From contig PULQ01000060.1 of assembly GCA_003552465.1 (NCBI GenBank), positions 108 to 64,107 of the forward strand: a stretch of DNA of 64,000 nucleotides, in the 5' to 3' direction. The notes beneath the pieces were generated by a model that saw nothing but the letters and a program-made list of their open reading frames with translations, searched no databases and was not told where the DNA came from. A program made the position numbers and the translations under genes. Numbering within the stretch: the first letter of the stretch is position 1; each line of letters opens with the position of its first letter. The DNA is from Dehalococcoidia bacterium (lineage in GTDB: Bacteria; Chloroflexota; Dehalococcoidia; GIF9; AB-539-J10). Of the stretch, positions 1 through 8,448 are shown one piece after another.

Positions 1-204
1 TCCCCTTGATTCGTTTCTCGAAAGAAGCTCGTCCTCCCCAACTCCCCGCTTCTCAATCGCAGACGGCCTCTGCCCCCACTCGTCGTTGCGGGTCCCGACC
101 CGTCGGGACGACGCAGCAATCCCGTGATGCCCCAGAGGACCCCGAGTCGTATCATCCCCAGCGCTCTGTCGCTCTGAGTCCCGATGCAATCGTGCGAAGA
201 ATCT
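1..204 (-). repeat. Partial copy of the LRR-gene 3' flank element (tail homologous to 2330-2416 and 6400-6519); contains perfect hairpin GTCCCGAC-CC-GTCGGGAC at 96-113
   Basis: Direct sequence similarity of 150-204 to 2365-2416 (ctgagtcccgat..aatcg..gaagaatct.cagta..tacagtcacacccctcgc) and of ~100-130 to ggcgacgcggcaatctgg (2300-2320)/gccgcggcaatcctg (6425-6440). Confidence 0.5.
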
Positions 205-1428
205 TCAGTACTCGACAGTCACACCCCTCGCTTGCAGCGCGGGTATGTACTCGTTGATGGACTGCTCACTCAGTGGATTATCTCTCAGGTTGACCTCGTC
301 TCCGCTGCCCAGTCCGTGGTTACCCACCAGCGGCGAGATGTCGCTTAGCTGATTACCATAGAGGTGGAGCCACGTCAGGTTGGTGAGTCCCTTCAGCGGC
401 GAGATGTCGCCTATCTGGTTAGAGGAAAGCCCGAGATGAGTCAGGTTGGTGAGTCCCTTAAGCGGCGAGATGTCACTTACCTCGTTAGATGAAAGGTAGA
501 GGCGAGCCAGGTCGGGTAGCCCCGCTAGAGGCGAGATGTCGCTTATCTCGTTATCATCAAGGGAGGACTGTACCAGGCTGGTGACGCTGGCCAGCGGCGA
601 GACGTCGCTTATCTGGTTGTTCCGCACGTTGAGAAAAGACAGGTCGGTGAGGTTGGCCAGGGCCGAGATGTCGCTTATCTGGTTCGACTGAAGGTAGAGC
701 CATCTCAGGTTGGTGAGTCCCTCCAGCGGCGAGATATCAGTTATCTCGTTAGCCGAAAGCCAGAGGTTAGTCAGGTTGGTGAGGCTGGCCAGGGGCGAGA
801 TGTCGCTTATCTGGTTACTATAGATTAAGAGCCTGGTCAGGTTGGTGAGGCTGGCCAGGGGCGAGATGTCGCTTATCTCGTTACCATAGAGGTAGAGCCA
901 TCTCAGGTTGGTGAGTCCCTCCAGCGGAGAGATATCGCTTATCTGGTTAGCCGAAAGCCAGAGATTAGTCAGGTTGGTGAGTCCCTCCAGGGGCGAGATG
1001 TCGCTTATCTGGTTAGCCGAAAGCCAGAGATGGGTCAAGTCGGCGAGGCTCGCGACGGGCATGATGTCGCTTATCTGGTTGTCCCGAAGATTGAGGGAAG
1101 TCAGACTGGTGAGGCCGGCCAGCGGCGAGATGTCGCTTATCTGGTTATGGCTCAACCCGAGCTGCGTCAAGCCGGTTGCGTATTCCAGGCCAGTCAGATC
1201 GGAGATGTTCCTTTCCTCAGCAGTAAGGGTGGTTAGCCGCGCCAGGTCTTCGCGGTAGATGGGGTCCTCTGGTATGCCGATCGCTTGTCTCACCACTGCC
1301 TCCAGATCGGAGTCGGCGAACACCACACCTGCATCCTGCCTTGTCGGGGTTCCTGCGACCACTACCACCACGGCAACCACTACAATCACGCACGATACAA
1401 TGATTCCTATCAGCTTCTTCTTGTTCAT
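205..1428 (-). CDS. Internalin-like leucine-rich-repeat surface protein (N-terminal TM anchor, ~14 x 22-aa LRR_4-type repeats NQISDISPLxGLTNLTxLxL, C-terminal cap ..NPLSEQSINEYIPALQARGVTVEY), paralog 1
   Basis: 22-residue Listeria-internalin-type LRR periodicity visible in translation; hydrophobic N-terminus; paralogous to 2417..3916, 5065..6096, 6520..7596. Confidence 0.85.
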   Translation of the reverse strand: MNKKKLIGIIVSCVIVVVAVVVVVAGTPTRQDAGVVFADSDLEAVVRQAIGIPEDPIYREDLARLTTLTAEERNISDLTGLEYATGLTQLGLSHNQISDISPLAGLTSLTSLNLRDNQISDIMPVASLADLTHLWLSANQISDISPLEGLTNLTNLWLSANQISDISPLEGLTNLRWLYLYGNEISDISPLASLTNLTRLLIYSNQISDISPLASLTNLTNLWLSANEITDISPLEGLTNLRWLYLQSNQISDISALANLTDLSFLNVRNNQISDVSPLASVTSLVQSSLDDNEISDISPLAGLPDLARLYLSSNEVSDISPLKGLTNLTHLGLSSNQIGDISPLKGLTNLTWLHLYGNQLSDISPLVGNHGLGSGDEVNLRDNPLSEQSINEYIPALQARGVTVEY

Positions 1429-1463
1429 ATCCTGCTCGTCTCAGACATGTTTGCGATACCTGT

Positions 1464-1492
1464 ACCATATGATAACTGACGAAAACTGTCAA
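1464..1492 (-). promoter_or_regulatory. Putative sigma70 promoter of LRR paralog 1 (TTGACA-17-TATGGT on minus strand)
   Basis: plus-strand tgtcaa 1487-1492 and accata 1464-1469, 17-nt spacer, ~35 nt upstream of ATG 1428. Confidence 0.45.
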
Positions 1493-1619
1493 CTGTCGGG
1501 TGTGGGGGTGTACAATCTTAAGCGTGATGGTTCTCTCAGGGGTGACGGGAGGGAGGCTCTGGATAAGGTGCGGACCAGGCTGCAAAGCAAAGAAAGCAAG
1601 CAAGGGCAGGAGAGGTCTT

Positions 1620-2010
1620 CTCTTTCATAATCGATGTATTCTAATGAGTAAAGCCGAAAGGTTGAGTCCTGAGGAGCAGGTGAAGCTAACTCGCTTGTTC
1701 AACTCGTATCCTGAACTGGCCGTAGCACGGAGTCGAAAGGAGTTTCCGAGAGAGTGGTATACAAGCTCACGTCGCGCTGGAGCAAAGGCTACGCCTCTTG
1801 ACATAGAAGAGTCTGGTTGCAGGGCCGGCCTCAGAGAGTTCGGAATCGGCTTCTCATGTTCAAGAACCGTAGAAATGAGGTTCTCAACTACTTCGACCAT
1901 CATGCGACCAAATGGTTCGTGGAGGGGATGAACAACCGGACAATAGTCATCATACGCATGGCTTAGGGATACCGCGACATCGATAATCCTGCCAGGAGGA
2001 GGCTTCTCAC
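1620..2010 (+). pseudogene. ISL3-family transposase remnant (C-terminal ~130 codons, frameshifted)
   Basis: Translation LLMSKAERLSPEEQVKLTRLFNSYPELAVARSRKEFPREWY matches the conserved post-DDE segment of ISL3 transposases. After a frameshift the tail NGSWRG/MNNRTIVIIRMA*GYRDIDNP resembles NGFVEGxNNKIKVIKRxAYGYRNFxN. N-terminal 2/3 of the gene absent; region visibly AT-richer than surroundings. Confidence 0.6.
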
Positions 2011-2059
2011 CAGCAATGAACTGGCCATCGGCACCAGATCTTCGGGAGGGTTTCACTCA

Positions 2060-2416
2060 TGTCTGTGAAGAACCATTCGGTCAACCCAGTGGCCGTCTGA
2101 AGCCTGTCCGGCCAGGTTCACTGGCAAGGTCACCCGCGGAGTCAACCTGGTGATCCAACGCCACCCCAGGGCCGCGGGGCCCCGCCAGGGACTTGCGGTC
2201 GTAGGAAGGTTCCCAAAGGTCACCGGTGGGGTCCGCACACGCCTTCTGCGCATGCCCGCGCCGCCTCACACGTCATTGCAAGGAGCCCCGACCTGTTGGG
2301 GCGACGCGGCAATCTGGTGGCCTCCATACCACACCATTCCTGCACCGTTGAGGTCTGGGGACAAAGCCCACAGCACACTGCCATTCTGAGTCCCGATCCA
2401 ATCGGGAGGAAGAATC
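2060..2416 (-). repeat. Conserved non-coding 3' flank element of LRR genes, copy A (core ~2113-2270 plus tail 2330-2416)
   Basis: Nucleotide-level homology to 6203-6360 (caggttcacYggcaaKgtcac..cggagt..cc.ggt...aacRccacccca.g.ccg.gggg.cc.g...gacttgc.g....agg.tccc...a.tcacc.gtggg.tccgc.cacgc). Indels break any common reading frame, so non-coding. Confidence 0.6.
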
Positions 2417-3916
2417 TCAGTAGTCTACAGTCACACCCCTCGCCTGGAGCGCAGGTATGTACTCATTGATGGACTGCTCACTCAACGGATTCCCGCTCAG
2501 CCACACTTCATCTCCCTCTCCCAGTCCGGTGTTGTCCACCAGCGGCTTGATATCGCTTATCTCATTATCCTGTAGGTAGAGCCGGTTCAGGTCTGTCAGG
2601 ACCTCCAGGGGCTTGATATCGCTTATCTGATTATCGCCAAGGTGCAGCCCCTTAATGTCGACGAGGCCTGCCAGGGGTGAGATGTCGCTTATCTGGTTGC
2701 TTTCCAGGCTTAGCGCCCACAGGCCGGTGAGGCCTGCGAGAGGCGAGATGTCGCTTATCTGGTTACTGCCGGCCTCCAGGTACATCAGGCTGGTCAGGCC
2801 CTCGAGCGGCTTGATATCGCTTATCTGGTTGTCGTCAAGGCGTAGCAGGGACAGCTCTGTCAGTCCCTCAAGGGGCGATATGTCGACAATCTGGTTAGAA
2901 TAGAGGCCGAGCGTTTGCAGGTTGGTGAGGTCCGCCAGAGGCGAGATGTCGCTCACCTGGTTTTCCATAAGGGTGAGTATGGCAAGGTTGGTGAGGCCCG
3001 CCAGAGGCGAGATGTCGCCTATCTGGTTATCAAAAAGGTGGAGATCTGTTAGGTCGATGAGCCCGGCAAGGGGCGAGACGTCGGCTATCTGGTTACCCGT
3101 AAGGTAGAGGACAGTCAGGCTGGTGAGCCCGGCAAGGTGCGAGATATCGGTTATGAGGTTATCGTGAAGCGCGAGATCAGTCAGGCCGGTTGCGTATTCC
3201 AGGCCGGTAAGGTCGGAGATTCCCTTCTCCCAGGCATTGAGAGAGGTAAGCCCCTGCATGTCTGAAGGGTAGATGTCACCCTCGGGTATGCCTATGGCCT
3301 GCCTCACCGCTGCCTCAAGGTTGTCGCACACGAACACAACGGGCTCTTCTGCCTCGAAGTTGGCATTGATGTAGTAGTCGCCGCTTATGGTGATGGTCGT
3401 TGATGCAGCGTTCACGTCGGCCACGGTACCCACATCCTCACTCCAGTTGACAAAGCGGTAGCCTTCGAGGGCCTGTGCTGCTAGCTGAACCACCTCGCCA
3501 GCATGAAAGCTGAATGTCCCCTCGCCGGGCGTGGTTACCGAGCCACCGTTTGTGCTCGATATAGTGAGAAGGTACAGAACATCCGAAATCTGCTCGAATA
3601 TGGCGGTAATGGAGTAGTCGCCGTCCATCGCGATCCGCGTTGTGGCTGCCTGTATATCGTCAATGGTGCTCACGTCGCCTGTCCATTCCACAAACCGGTG
3701 GCCCTCCTCCGCAACCGCCACCAGGTTGACCATCCGGCCAGAGCGGCATTCGTATCTCCCCTCTCCCGGCATAGTCACCTCACCGCCGGCCGTGCTGTCT
3801 ATCGTGAGGAAGTGAGTAGCATCGCATCCAACTACCCCTGCGATCAGGAACCCGCTAACCAGGATGGCGAGCACCTTCAACCCAATGCGTCTCCTCGATT
3901 CAGTCATCGTCCTCAT
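2417..3916 (-). CDS. Internalin-like LRR lipoprotein, paralog 2; lipobox VVGC, two ~85-aa divergent InlB-B-repeat/Ig-like modules N-terminal to the LRR domain, same C-terminal cap
   Basis: MRTMTESRRRIGLKVLAILVSGFLIAGVVGC signal+lipobox. Duplicated GGxVTxPGEG...GxxVxLxAxAxEGYRFVxWxxDV..xDxxAAxTxIxxxGDYxIxAxF modules, then 22-aa LRRs. Confidence 0.85.
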   Translation of the reverse strand: MRTMTESRRRIGLKVLAILVSGFLIAGVVGCDATHFLTIDSTAGGEVTMPGEGRYECRSGRMVNLVAVAEEGHRFVEWTGDVSTIDDIQAATTRIAMDGDYSITAIFEQISDVLYLLTISSTNGGSVTTPGEGTFSFHAGEVVQLAAQALEGYRFVNWSEDVGTVADVNAASTTITISGDYYINANFEAEEPVVFVCDNLEAAVRQAIGIPEGDIYPSDMQGLTSLNAWEKGISDLTGLEYATGLTDLALHDNLITDISHLAGLTSLTVLYLTGNQIADVSPLAGLIDLTDLHLFDNQIGDISPLAGLTNLAILTLMENQVSDISPLADLTNLQTLGLYSNQIVDISPLEGLTELSLLRLDDNQISDIKPLEGLTSLMYLEAGSNQISDISPLAGLTGLWALSLESNQISDISPLAGLVDIKGLHLGDNQISDIKPLEVLTDLNRLYLQDNEISDIKPLVDNTGLGEGDEVWLSGNPLSEQSINEYIPALQARGVTVDY

Positions 3917-3934
3917 TTCGCACCTCCAACTTCC

Positions 3935-3962
3935 ATTCTATCAGCACCGACTGGATTGTCAA
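3935..3962 (-). promoter_or_regulatory. sigma70 promoter of LRR paralog 2: TTGACA-16-TAGAAT, SD GGAGGTG 5 nt before ATG
   Basis: plus tgtcaa 3957-3962, attcta 3935-3940, cacctcc 3921-3927; same architecture repeated at 6115-6142 and 7615-7642. Confidence 0.6.
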
Positions 3963-4157
3963 AACCTCGTTCCAGTCCAACCAGTTGTAATAGTGAGCCT
4001 GTCCAACTAGATTCGCCGGCAATCTCGTCGTGCCCAATACCATACCGTACCACCCAAAAAGGGACTTCACGGGCGTCAAACAGCAGCATCAGCAGGCAGA
4101 CAGTGATATGCCAACGCCACGAAAGCCACCGATACATTGGCTCCTAGAGAGGATGAC

Positions 4158-4655
4158 CTAGTCCTGAGACCGTATGCGTAGATACTCGAATAAGGGGACT
4201 ATCTTGGAGACCAACTTCGTATCATGAGTAACTTCATGTCCCCAACTCCAGTTGCTGTCGTAATGGAAGTCGACTGACATCTCAACGGCTTCTTCTTCCC
4301 CAGGCTTCAGTTGAAGGACAAAATGCTCCGCCTCTTGTCTCTCACCAAGAGTGAACGTAATCCTGACCTCGAATGTTCCCTGAACGGTATCGGTATTCCT
4401 CAGATTCACATGCCCGACAGGGTTAAACTCAGGAATACTATATAGTAGATCCAGTGCTTCCTGTATTCTGGCCGGGTCTGTCTCCGCAGCTATGGTGTTC
4501 AATATCATGCTGCGTAGGGCTCTGTTGTCTGATTTCTCTACGTGAAACTGTATCTCATAACTCCACGGCTCTGTATCTTGGACTTCCATCATCGGGACGA
4601 AGACAACAACAAGAGCTATGAAGACAGCAACAAGAATACCTACTACTATCTTCAT
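4158..4655 (-). CDS. Hypothetical single-pass membrane protein (N-terminal TM helix IVVGILVAVFIALVVVFV, ~140-aa soluble domain); AT-richer than genome average
   Basis: ATG at 4655 preceded by GAAGGGGAT SD; hydrophobic N-terminus; no recognisable family; compositionally atypical, suggesting acquisition. Confidence 0.55.
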   Translation of the reverse strand: MKIVVGILVAVFIALVVVFVPMMEVQDTEPWSYEIQFHVEKSDNRALRSMILNTIAAETDPARIQEALDLLYSIPEFNPVGHVNLRNTDTVQGTFEVRITFTLGERQEAEHFVLQLKPGEEEAVEMSVDFHYDSNWSWGHEVTHDTKLVSKIVPLFEYLRIRSQD

Positions 4656-4666
4656 TCTGATCCCCT

Positions 4667-4999
4667 TCACCCAAATGGACGATCAAACACGGTGACTCCC
4701 TTGCAGTGGGTCTCCTCTCTTTCCTTCATTACATTTAGTTCGCTTTCCACCTGCCGGTACCTGGTTACCGTTAGTTCCTTCTCGACTTCCTTTGCTGGTT
4801 CGACAATAGCATAACACCACTCCAGATCCTCGTTGCCACCAACGTCGGCCAGGAGCTCCTCTACGTCGTCGAGGTCACCGACAGCCGGGCCGGCATCGAT
4901 GCAGAACGAATGAGGGTCAGGAACATCCTCACCGAGTTCAGCCGGCGCATCGGCCGGTTCGAGCAGACCATCATCCTGGGCGCACCTTGACCCGTGTAG
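4667..4999 (-). other. Coding-like acidic ORF (110 codons, ..DDGLLEPADAPAELGEDVPDPH..EELLADVGGNEDLEWCYAIVEPAKEVEKEL..) with no ATG/GTG/TTG start, ending 12 nt before the ATG at 4655
   Basis: Open frame from in-frame TGA (5000-5002, minus sense) to TGA (4667-4669) with GC3-rich codon usage but no canonical start; possible pseudogene or non-canonical start. Confidence 0.25.
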
Positions 5000-5064
5000 T
5001 CATGGGAGAGCACAGGGCCTTCCCCTACATCTATGTGCGGCTCGACCCGTCGGGACGCAGAATC

Positions 5065-6096
5065 TCAGTACTCGACAGTTACACCCCTCGCCTGAAGCGC
5101 AGGTATGTACTCATTGATGGACTGTTCACTCAACGGATTCCACCTCAGATCCACATAGTCTCCTCCACCCATCCCGGCATTATCCACCAGCGGCGAGATG
5201 TCGCTGATCTGGTTATGGTCAAGCAAGAGTCGCGTCAGGTCGGTCAGTTCTGCCAGAGGCGAGATGTCGCTGATCTGGTTATGCCCAAGGAAGAGCCAGC
5301 TCAGGTCGGTCAGTCCCTCAAGGGGCGAGATGTCGACAATCTGGTTAGAATGAAGGCCGAGCGTTTTCAGGTTGGTGAGGCCCTGCAGGGGCGAGACTTC
5401 GCTTATCTGGTTCTCACTGAGGTCGAGCATCGTCAGGTTGGTCAGGCCCTGCAGGGGCGACACGTCGCTGATCTGGTTCTCAATGAGGTTGAGCCGGGTC
5501 AGGTTGGTGAGGCCGGCCAGCGCTGAGATGTCGCTTATCTCGTTAGCTCCCAAGTAGACCCATGTCAGGCTGACGAGATGGCCTAGGGGTGTGATATCCC
5601 TTATCATCGGGTTCCACCCAAGCCAGAGATCATTCAGGCTGGTGAGGCTGGCCAACGGTGAGATGTCACTTATCTGGTTCAGAGAGAGGGACAGATCACT
5701 CAGGCTGGTGAGGCCGGCCAACGGCGAGATGTCGCCTATCTGGTTACTATCGAGAGCGAGCCATGTGAGGTTGGTGAGTCCAGAGAGGGGAGCGATGTCG
5801 CTTATCTGGTTACCTCCAAGGCCGAGGTCAGTCAGGCTGGTTGCATACTCCAGGCCGGTGAGGTTGGCGATACCCCTTCCATGAGCAAAGAGATGGGTGA
5901 GTCCCTCCAGGTCTTGAGGGTAGATGGCACCCTCAGGCTTGCCAATCGCCTCCCTAATCGCAGCCTCGAGATTGGGGTCCGGAAACGTAACAGCCTCCGG
6001 CCCGCATCCGACCAACGCAGCCACCAGGCCCGCGATAACCAGGGTCGCAAGCACCATTAACCCAGTACGTCTCCTCGATTCAGCCATAGTCCTCAT
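5065..6096 (-). CDS. Internalin-like LRR lipoprotein, paralog 3 (lipobox LVGC)
   Basis: MRTMAESRRRTGLMVLATLVIAGLVAALVGC; 22-aa LRRs; C-terminal NPLSEQSINEYIPALQARGVTVEY. Confidence 0.85.
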   Translation of the reverse strand: MRTMAESRRRTGLMVLATLVIAGLVAALVGCGPEAVTFPDPNLEAAIREAIGKPEGAIYPQDLEGLTHLFAHGRGIANLTGLEYATSLTDLGLGGNQISDIAPLSGLTNLTWLALDSNQIGDISPLAGLTSLSDLSLSLNQISDISPLASLTSLNDLWLGWNPMIRDITPLGHLVSLTWVYLGANEISDISALAGLTNLTRLNLIENQISDVSPLQGLTNLTMLDLSENQISEVSPLQGLTNLKTLGLHSNQIVDISPLEGLTDLSWLFLGHNQISDISPLAELTDLTRLLLDHNQISDISPLVDNAGMGGGDYVDLRWNPLSEQSINEYIPALQARGVTVEY

Positions 6097-6114
6097 GTCT
6101 TACCTCCAACTTCC

Positions 6115-6142
6115 ATTGTATCACCCGCGACTGCATTGTCAA
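6115..6142 (-). promoter_or_regulatory. sigma70 promoter of LRR paralog 3: TTGACA-16-TACAAT, SD GGAGGTA
   Basis: plus tgtcaa 6137-6142, attgta 6115-6120; identical geometry to paralogs 2 and 4. Confidence 0.6.
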
Positions 6143-6149
6143 TGCCTCG

Positions 6150-6519
6150 CTTCAGTCATACCCGCTCCCGTCAACCCCGTTGCCAGAGTTGCGCTGCCCA
6201 GACAGGTTCACCGGCAATGTCACTAACGGAGTTAGCCGGGTTGGTAAACACCACCCCACGTCCGGGGGGGCCGGCAGTGACTTGCTGGTGCAGTCAGGCT
6301 CCCTGTAGATCACCCGTGGGATCCGCGCACGCGTTGTCGGCATACGCGTGTGATGTAGTGAGCAGGGTGCGCGCCGCAGCACGGCCTCGGAGCCCAAACG
6401 TCAGACGCCACTGGCAGGTTCGGAGCGCCGCGGCAATCCTGTAGTGCCCCACTAGCCATGGCCAGGAGCACCAGCGTGTAGGGACTAAGGAATCTCGCTA
6501 ACCAGCAACGAGTCCGGTT
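6150..6519 (-). repeat. Conserved non-coding 3' flank element of LRR genes, copy B (core ~6203-6360)
   Basis: Homologous to 2113-2270; lies 160-320 nt 3' of LRR paralog 4 stop, same offset as copy A from paralog 2 stop. Confidence 0.6.
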
Positions 6520-7596
6520 CTAGTAAAGAGCATTCACCCCCCTCGCCCGGAGAGCCGGTATGTACTCGTTGACAGACTCCTCGCTCAATGGATTCCCGCT
6601 AAGCAGAATGCCATCACCTTCGCCCAGTCCCTCATTCTCCACCAGGGTGGCTATGTCGCTGACCTGGTTGTAGCTAAGGTCGAGATGTATCTTCACCCCT
6701 TCTATCACTCTGAGATAGTGTGTTGCCAAGAACTCTCCAATCCTTGTCAGTTGGGAAAGGGGAGACAAATCCGCGACGTTGTTGTGACTGAGATAGAGCA
6801 CACGGAGGTCGGTCAGGTTTGCCAGTACTCCGATGTCGCTTATCTCATTGCCATCAAGCAGTAGCCTGCGGAGGTTGGTCAGGTTTGCCAGGGGCCCTAT
6901 ATCGCCCACCTCGTTAGAATTGAGGTACAGCGTCCGCATCTCCACAAGCCCTGCTAGTGGACTGGTGTCGCATATCTGGTTGTTGTCAAGTTCCAGCCAG
7001 ACCAACTCTGTTAGACCCTCCAGCGCCGAAATGTCGCTTATCCGGTTCGCCCCGATGTTCAGAAGCTCGAGTTGTGTGAGGCCTGCTAGCGGCGCAACGT
7101 CGTTTATCTCATTGAGTTGAAGGTCGAGGAGAGTCAGGTTGGTAAGGCCGGCCAGAGGCGAGATGCTGCCAATCTGGTTATCCGCAAGGTCAAGCCAGTC
7201 CAGGTTGGTGAGGCCCTGCAGGGGCGAGACTTCGCTTATCTGGTTCCGGCGAAGGCGGAGGTCAGTCAGGTTGGTGAGGCCGGCAAGCGGCGAGATGTCG
7301 CTTATGAGGTTATCGCTAAGCACGAGAAAAGTCAGGCCTGTTGCGTATTCCAGGCCGGTGAGGTCGGCGATATTCCTTTCATCGGCGCGAAGATGGGTAA
7401 GCCCCTCAATGTCTGCAGGGTAGATCTCACCCTCAGGCTTGTCAATCGCCTCCCTTACTGCCGCCTCAAGACCGGGGTCTGGAAACGTCACAGACTCCGG
7501 CTCGCATCCCACCATAGTTCCGATCACGGTCGCGATAATCAGGATCGCAAGCGCCTTCGCGCGAAAAGGTTTGGTTGAATCTGCCATCGTCTTCAT
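6520..7596 (-). CDS. Internalin-like LRR lipoprotein, paralog 4 (lipobox MVGC)
   Basis: MKTMADSTKPFRAKALAILIIATVIGTMVGC; LRRs; C-terminal cap NPLSEESVNEYIPALRARGVNALY. Confidence 0.85.
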   Translation of the reverse strand: MKTMADSTKPFRAKALAILIIATVIGTMVGCEPESVTFPDPGLEAAVREAIDKPEGEIYPADIEGLTHLRADERNIADLTGLEYATGLTFLVLSDNLISDISPLAGLTNLTDLRLRRNQISEVSPLQGLTNLDWLDLADNQIGSISPLAGLTNLTLLDLQLNEINDVAPLAGLTQLELLNIGANRISDISALEGLTELVWLELDNNQICDTSPLAGLVEMRTLYLNSNEVGDIGPLANLTNLRRLLLDGNEISDIGVLANLTDLRVLYLSHNNVADLSPLSQLTRIGEFLATHYLRVIEGVKIHLDLSYNQVSDIATLVENEGLGEGDGILLSGNPLSEESVNEYIPALRARGVNALY

Positions 7597-7614
7597 GCCT
7601 CACCTCCTACTCTC

Positions 7615-7642
7615 ATTCTACCAACACCGACCGGATTGTCAA
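7615..7642 (-). promoter_or_regulatory. sigma70 promoter of LRR paralog 4: TTGACA-16-TAGAAT, SD GGAGGTG
   Basis: plus tgtcaa 7637-7642, attcta 7615-7620, cacctcc 7601-7607. Confidence 0.6.
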
Positions 7643-7893
7643 CGCCTCGGTCCCGTCAACTGAACACAGTCATCTGACTGTGGCAACCGCTCACTCAAGG
7701 GTTTAGCCTGCAGCCTGACTGCCTCCATCTATCTGCGTCCTTCGTCCTGTGTCCGCGGGAGTATATCCTTTATGTGTTGTTGAGGGGGCTCAGGGTCCGG
7801 CTGATGAGTGCGGTGCTCTTGTCGTCTTGGGGATCCGGGCCGGTTGCCTTACGCGATATGTCGTTGGGGTGGGGGCCTGCCCCGGCCTGGGGG

Positions 7894-8448
7894 TTACAAT
7901 GTCAGTGTTCGCTTGAGGTCGTCGAACCGGGGGGAGAAGGCGTCGATGAGCCGTTGCCGGGCCGCCTGCCAGTCTTCTGAGGTCTCGATGTTAATGCCTG
8001 CCACCGCTGTCCCTGAGATCCTCAACCGGTGCAGGGTCTCCATGTAGCCGCTTTCTACGTCCTGTCTGGCCTTTCGCTCCGCCTCTTGATACTCGTGCAG
8101 CAGCTTCCGTGCCTCATCTACCCCGGTCTCCAGTTCAGGGGCGAGCCTGCTTATGCCCTCGATCGCTGTCGTCACCCGATCGATGCTCCCGACGGCTGCC
8201 GGTTCGACAACCTGCACCAGGTGCTGGATGATCGACTCCCTGACCATGGCCGTGTCCTCCTCACCATGCTTACCGAGTTCTGAAGCCAGGTCCGTCTTCT
8301 CAGAGCCGTCGAGCCATCTGCCGGCGAGGACCTGGCCGACCTGGTGGCATCTCTGTCTCTGTTGCTCCTTCTGCTCCTCGGCGGACAGATCGCCCAGTCT
8401 GCCCGCCCTCTCTTGAGCGATCTCCCACGCGCTCTTCAATTCGTCCAT
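7894..8448 (-). CDS. Hypothetical protein (184 aa, charged/helical, no recognisable family)
   Basis: ATG with AGGCGA SD; genome-typical codon usage; divergent from alaS. Confidence 0.5.
   Translation of the reverse strand: MDELKSAWEIAQERAGRLGDLSAEEQKEQQRQRCHQVGQVLAGRWLDGSEKTDLASELGKHGEEDTAMVRESIIQHLVQVVEPAAVGSIDRVTTAIEGISRLAPELETGVDEARKLLHEYQEAERKARQDVESGYMETLHRLRISGTAVAGINIETSEDWQAARQRLIDAFSPRFDDLKRTLTL

Noticed and set aside
2053-2253. Small minus-strand ORFs (2053-2253, 6152-6397) sharing ..RLTP(R/L)VTLPVNL(A/S)GQ.. inside the 3' flank elements
   Set aside because: The two copies align at DNA level with frame-breaking indels. Similarity is nucleotide-based, not protein-based, so the ORFs are treated as incidental in a non-coding repeat.
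908-7578. Plus-strand ORFs inside the LRR genes with reiterated ..GEMSLIWL.. / ..RRDVA(D/Y)LV.. peptides (e.g. 908-1258, 2655-2903, 2922-3107, 4987-5526, 5372-5557, 5591-5884, 6833-7120, 7117-7578)
   Set aside because: These are antisense or shifted-frame readings of the 66-nt LRR repeat unit. The periodic DNA repeat automatically yields periodic open frames. The minus-strand LRR reading has the signal peptides, caps and promoter/SD, so the plus-strand ORFs are artefacts.
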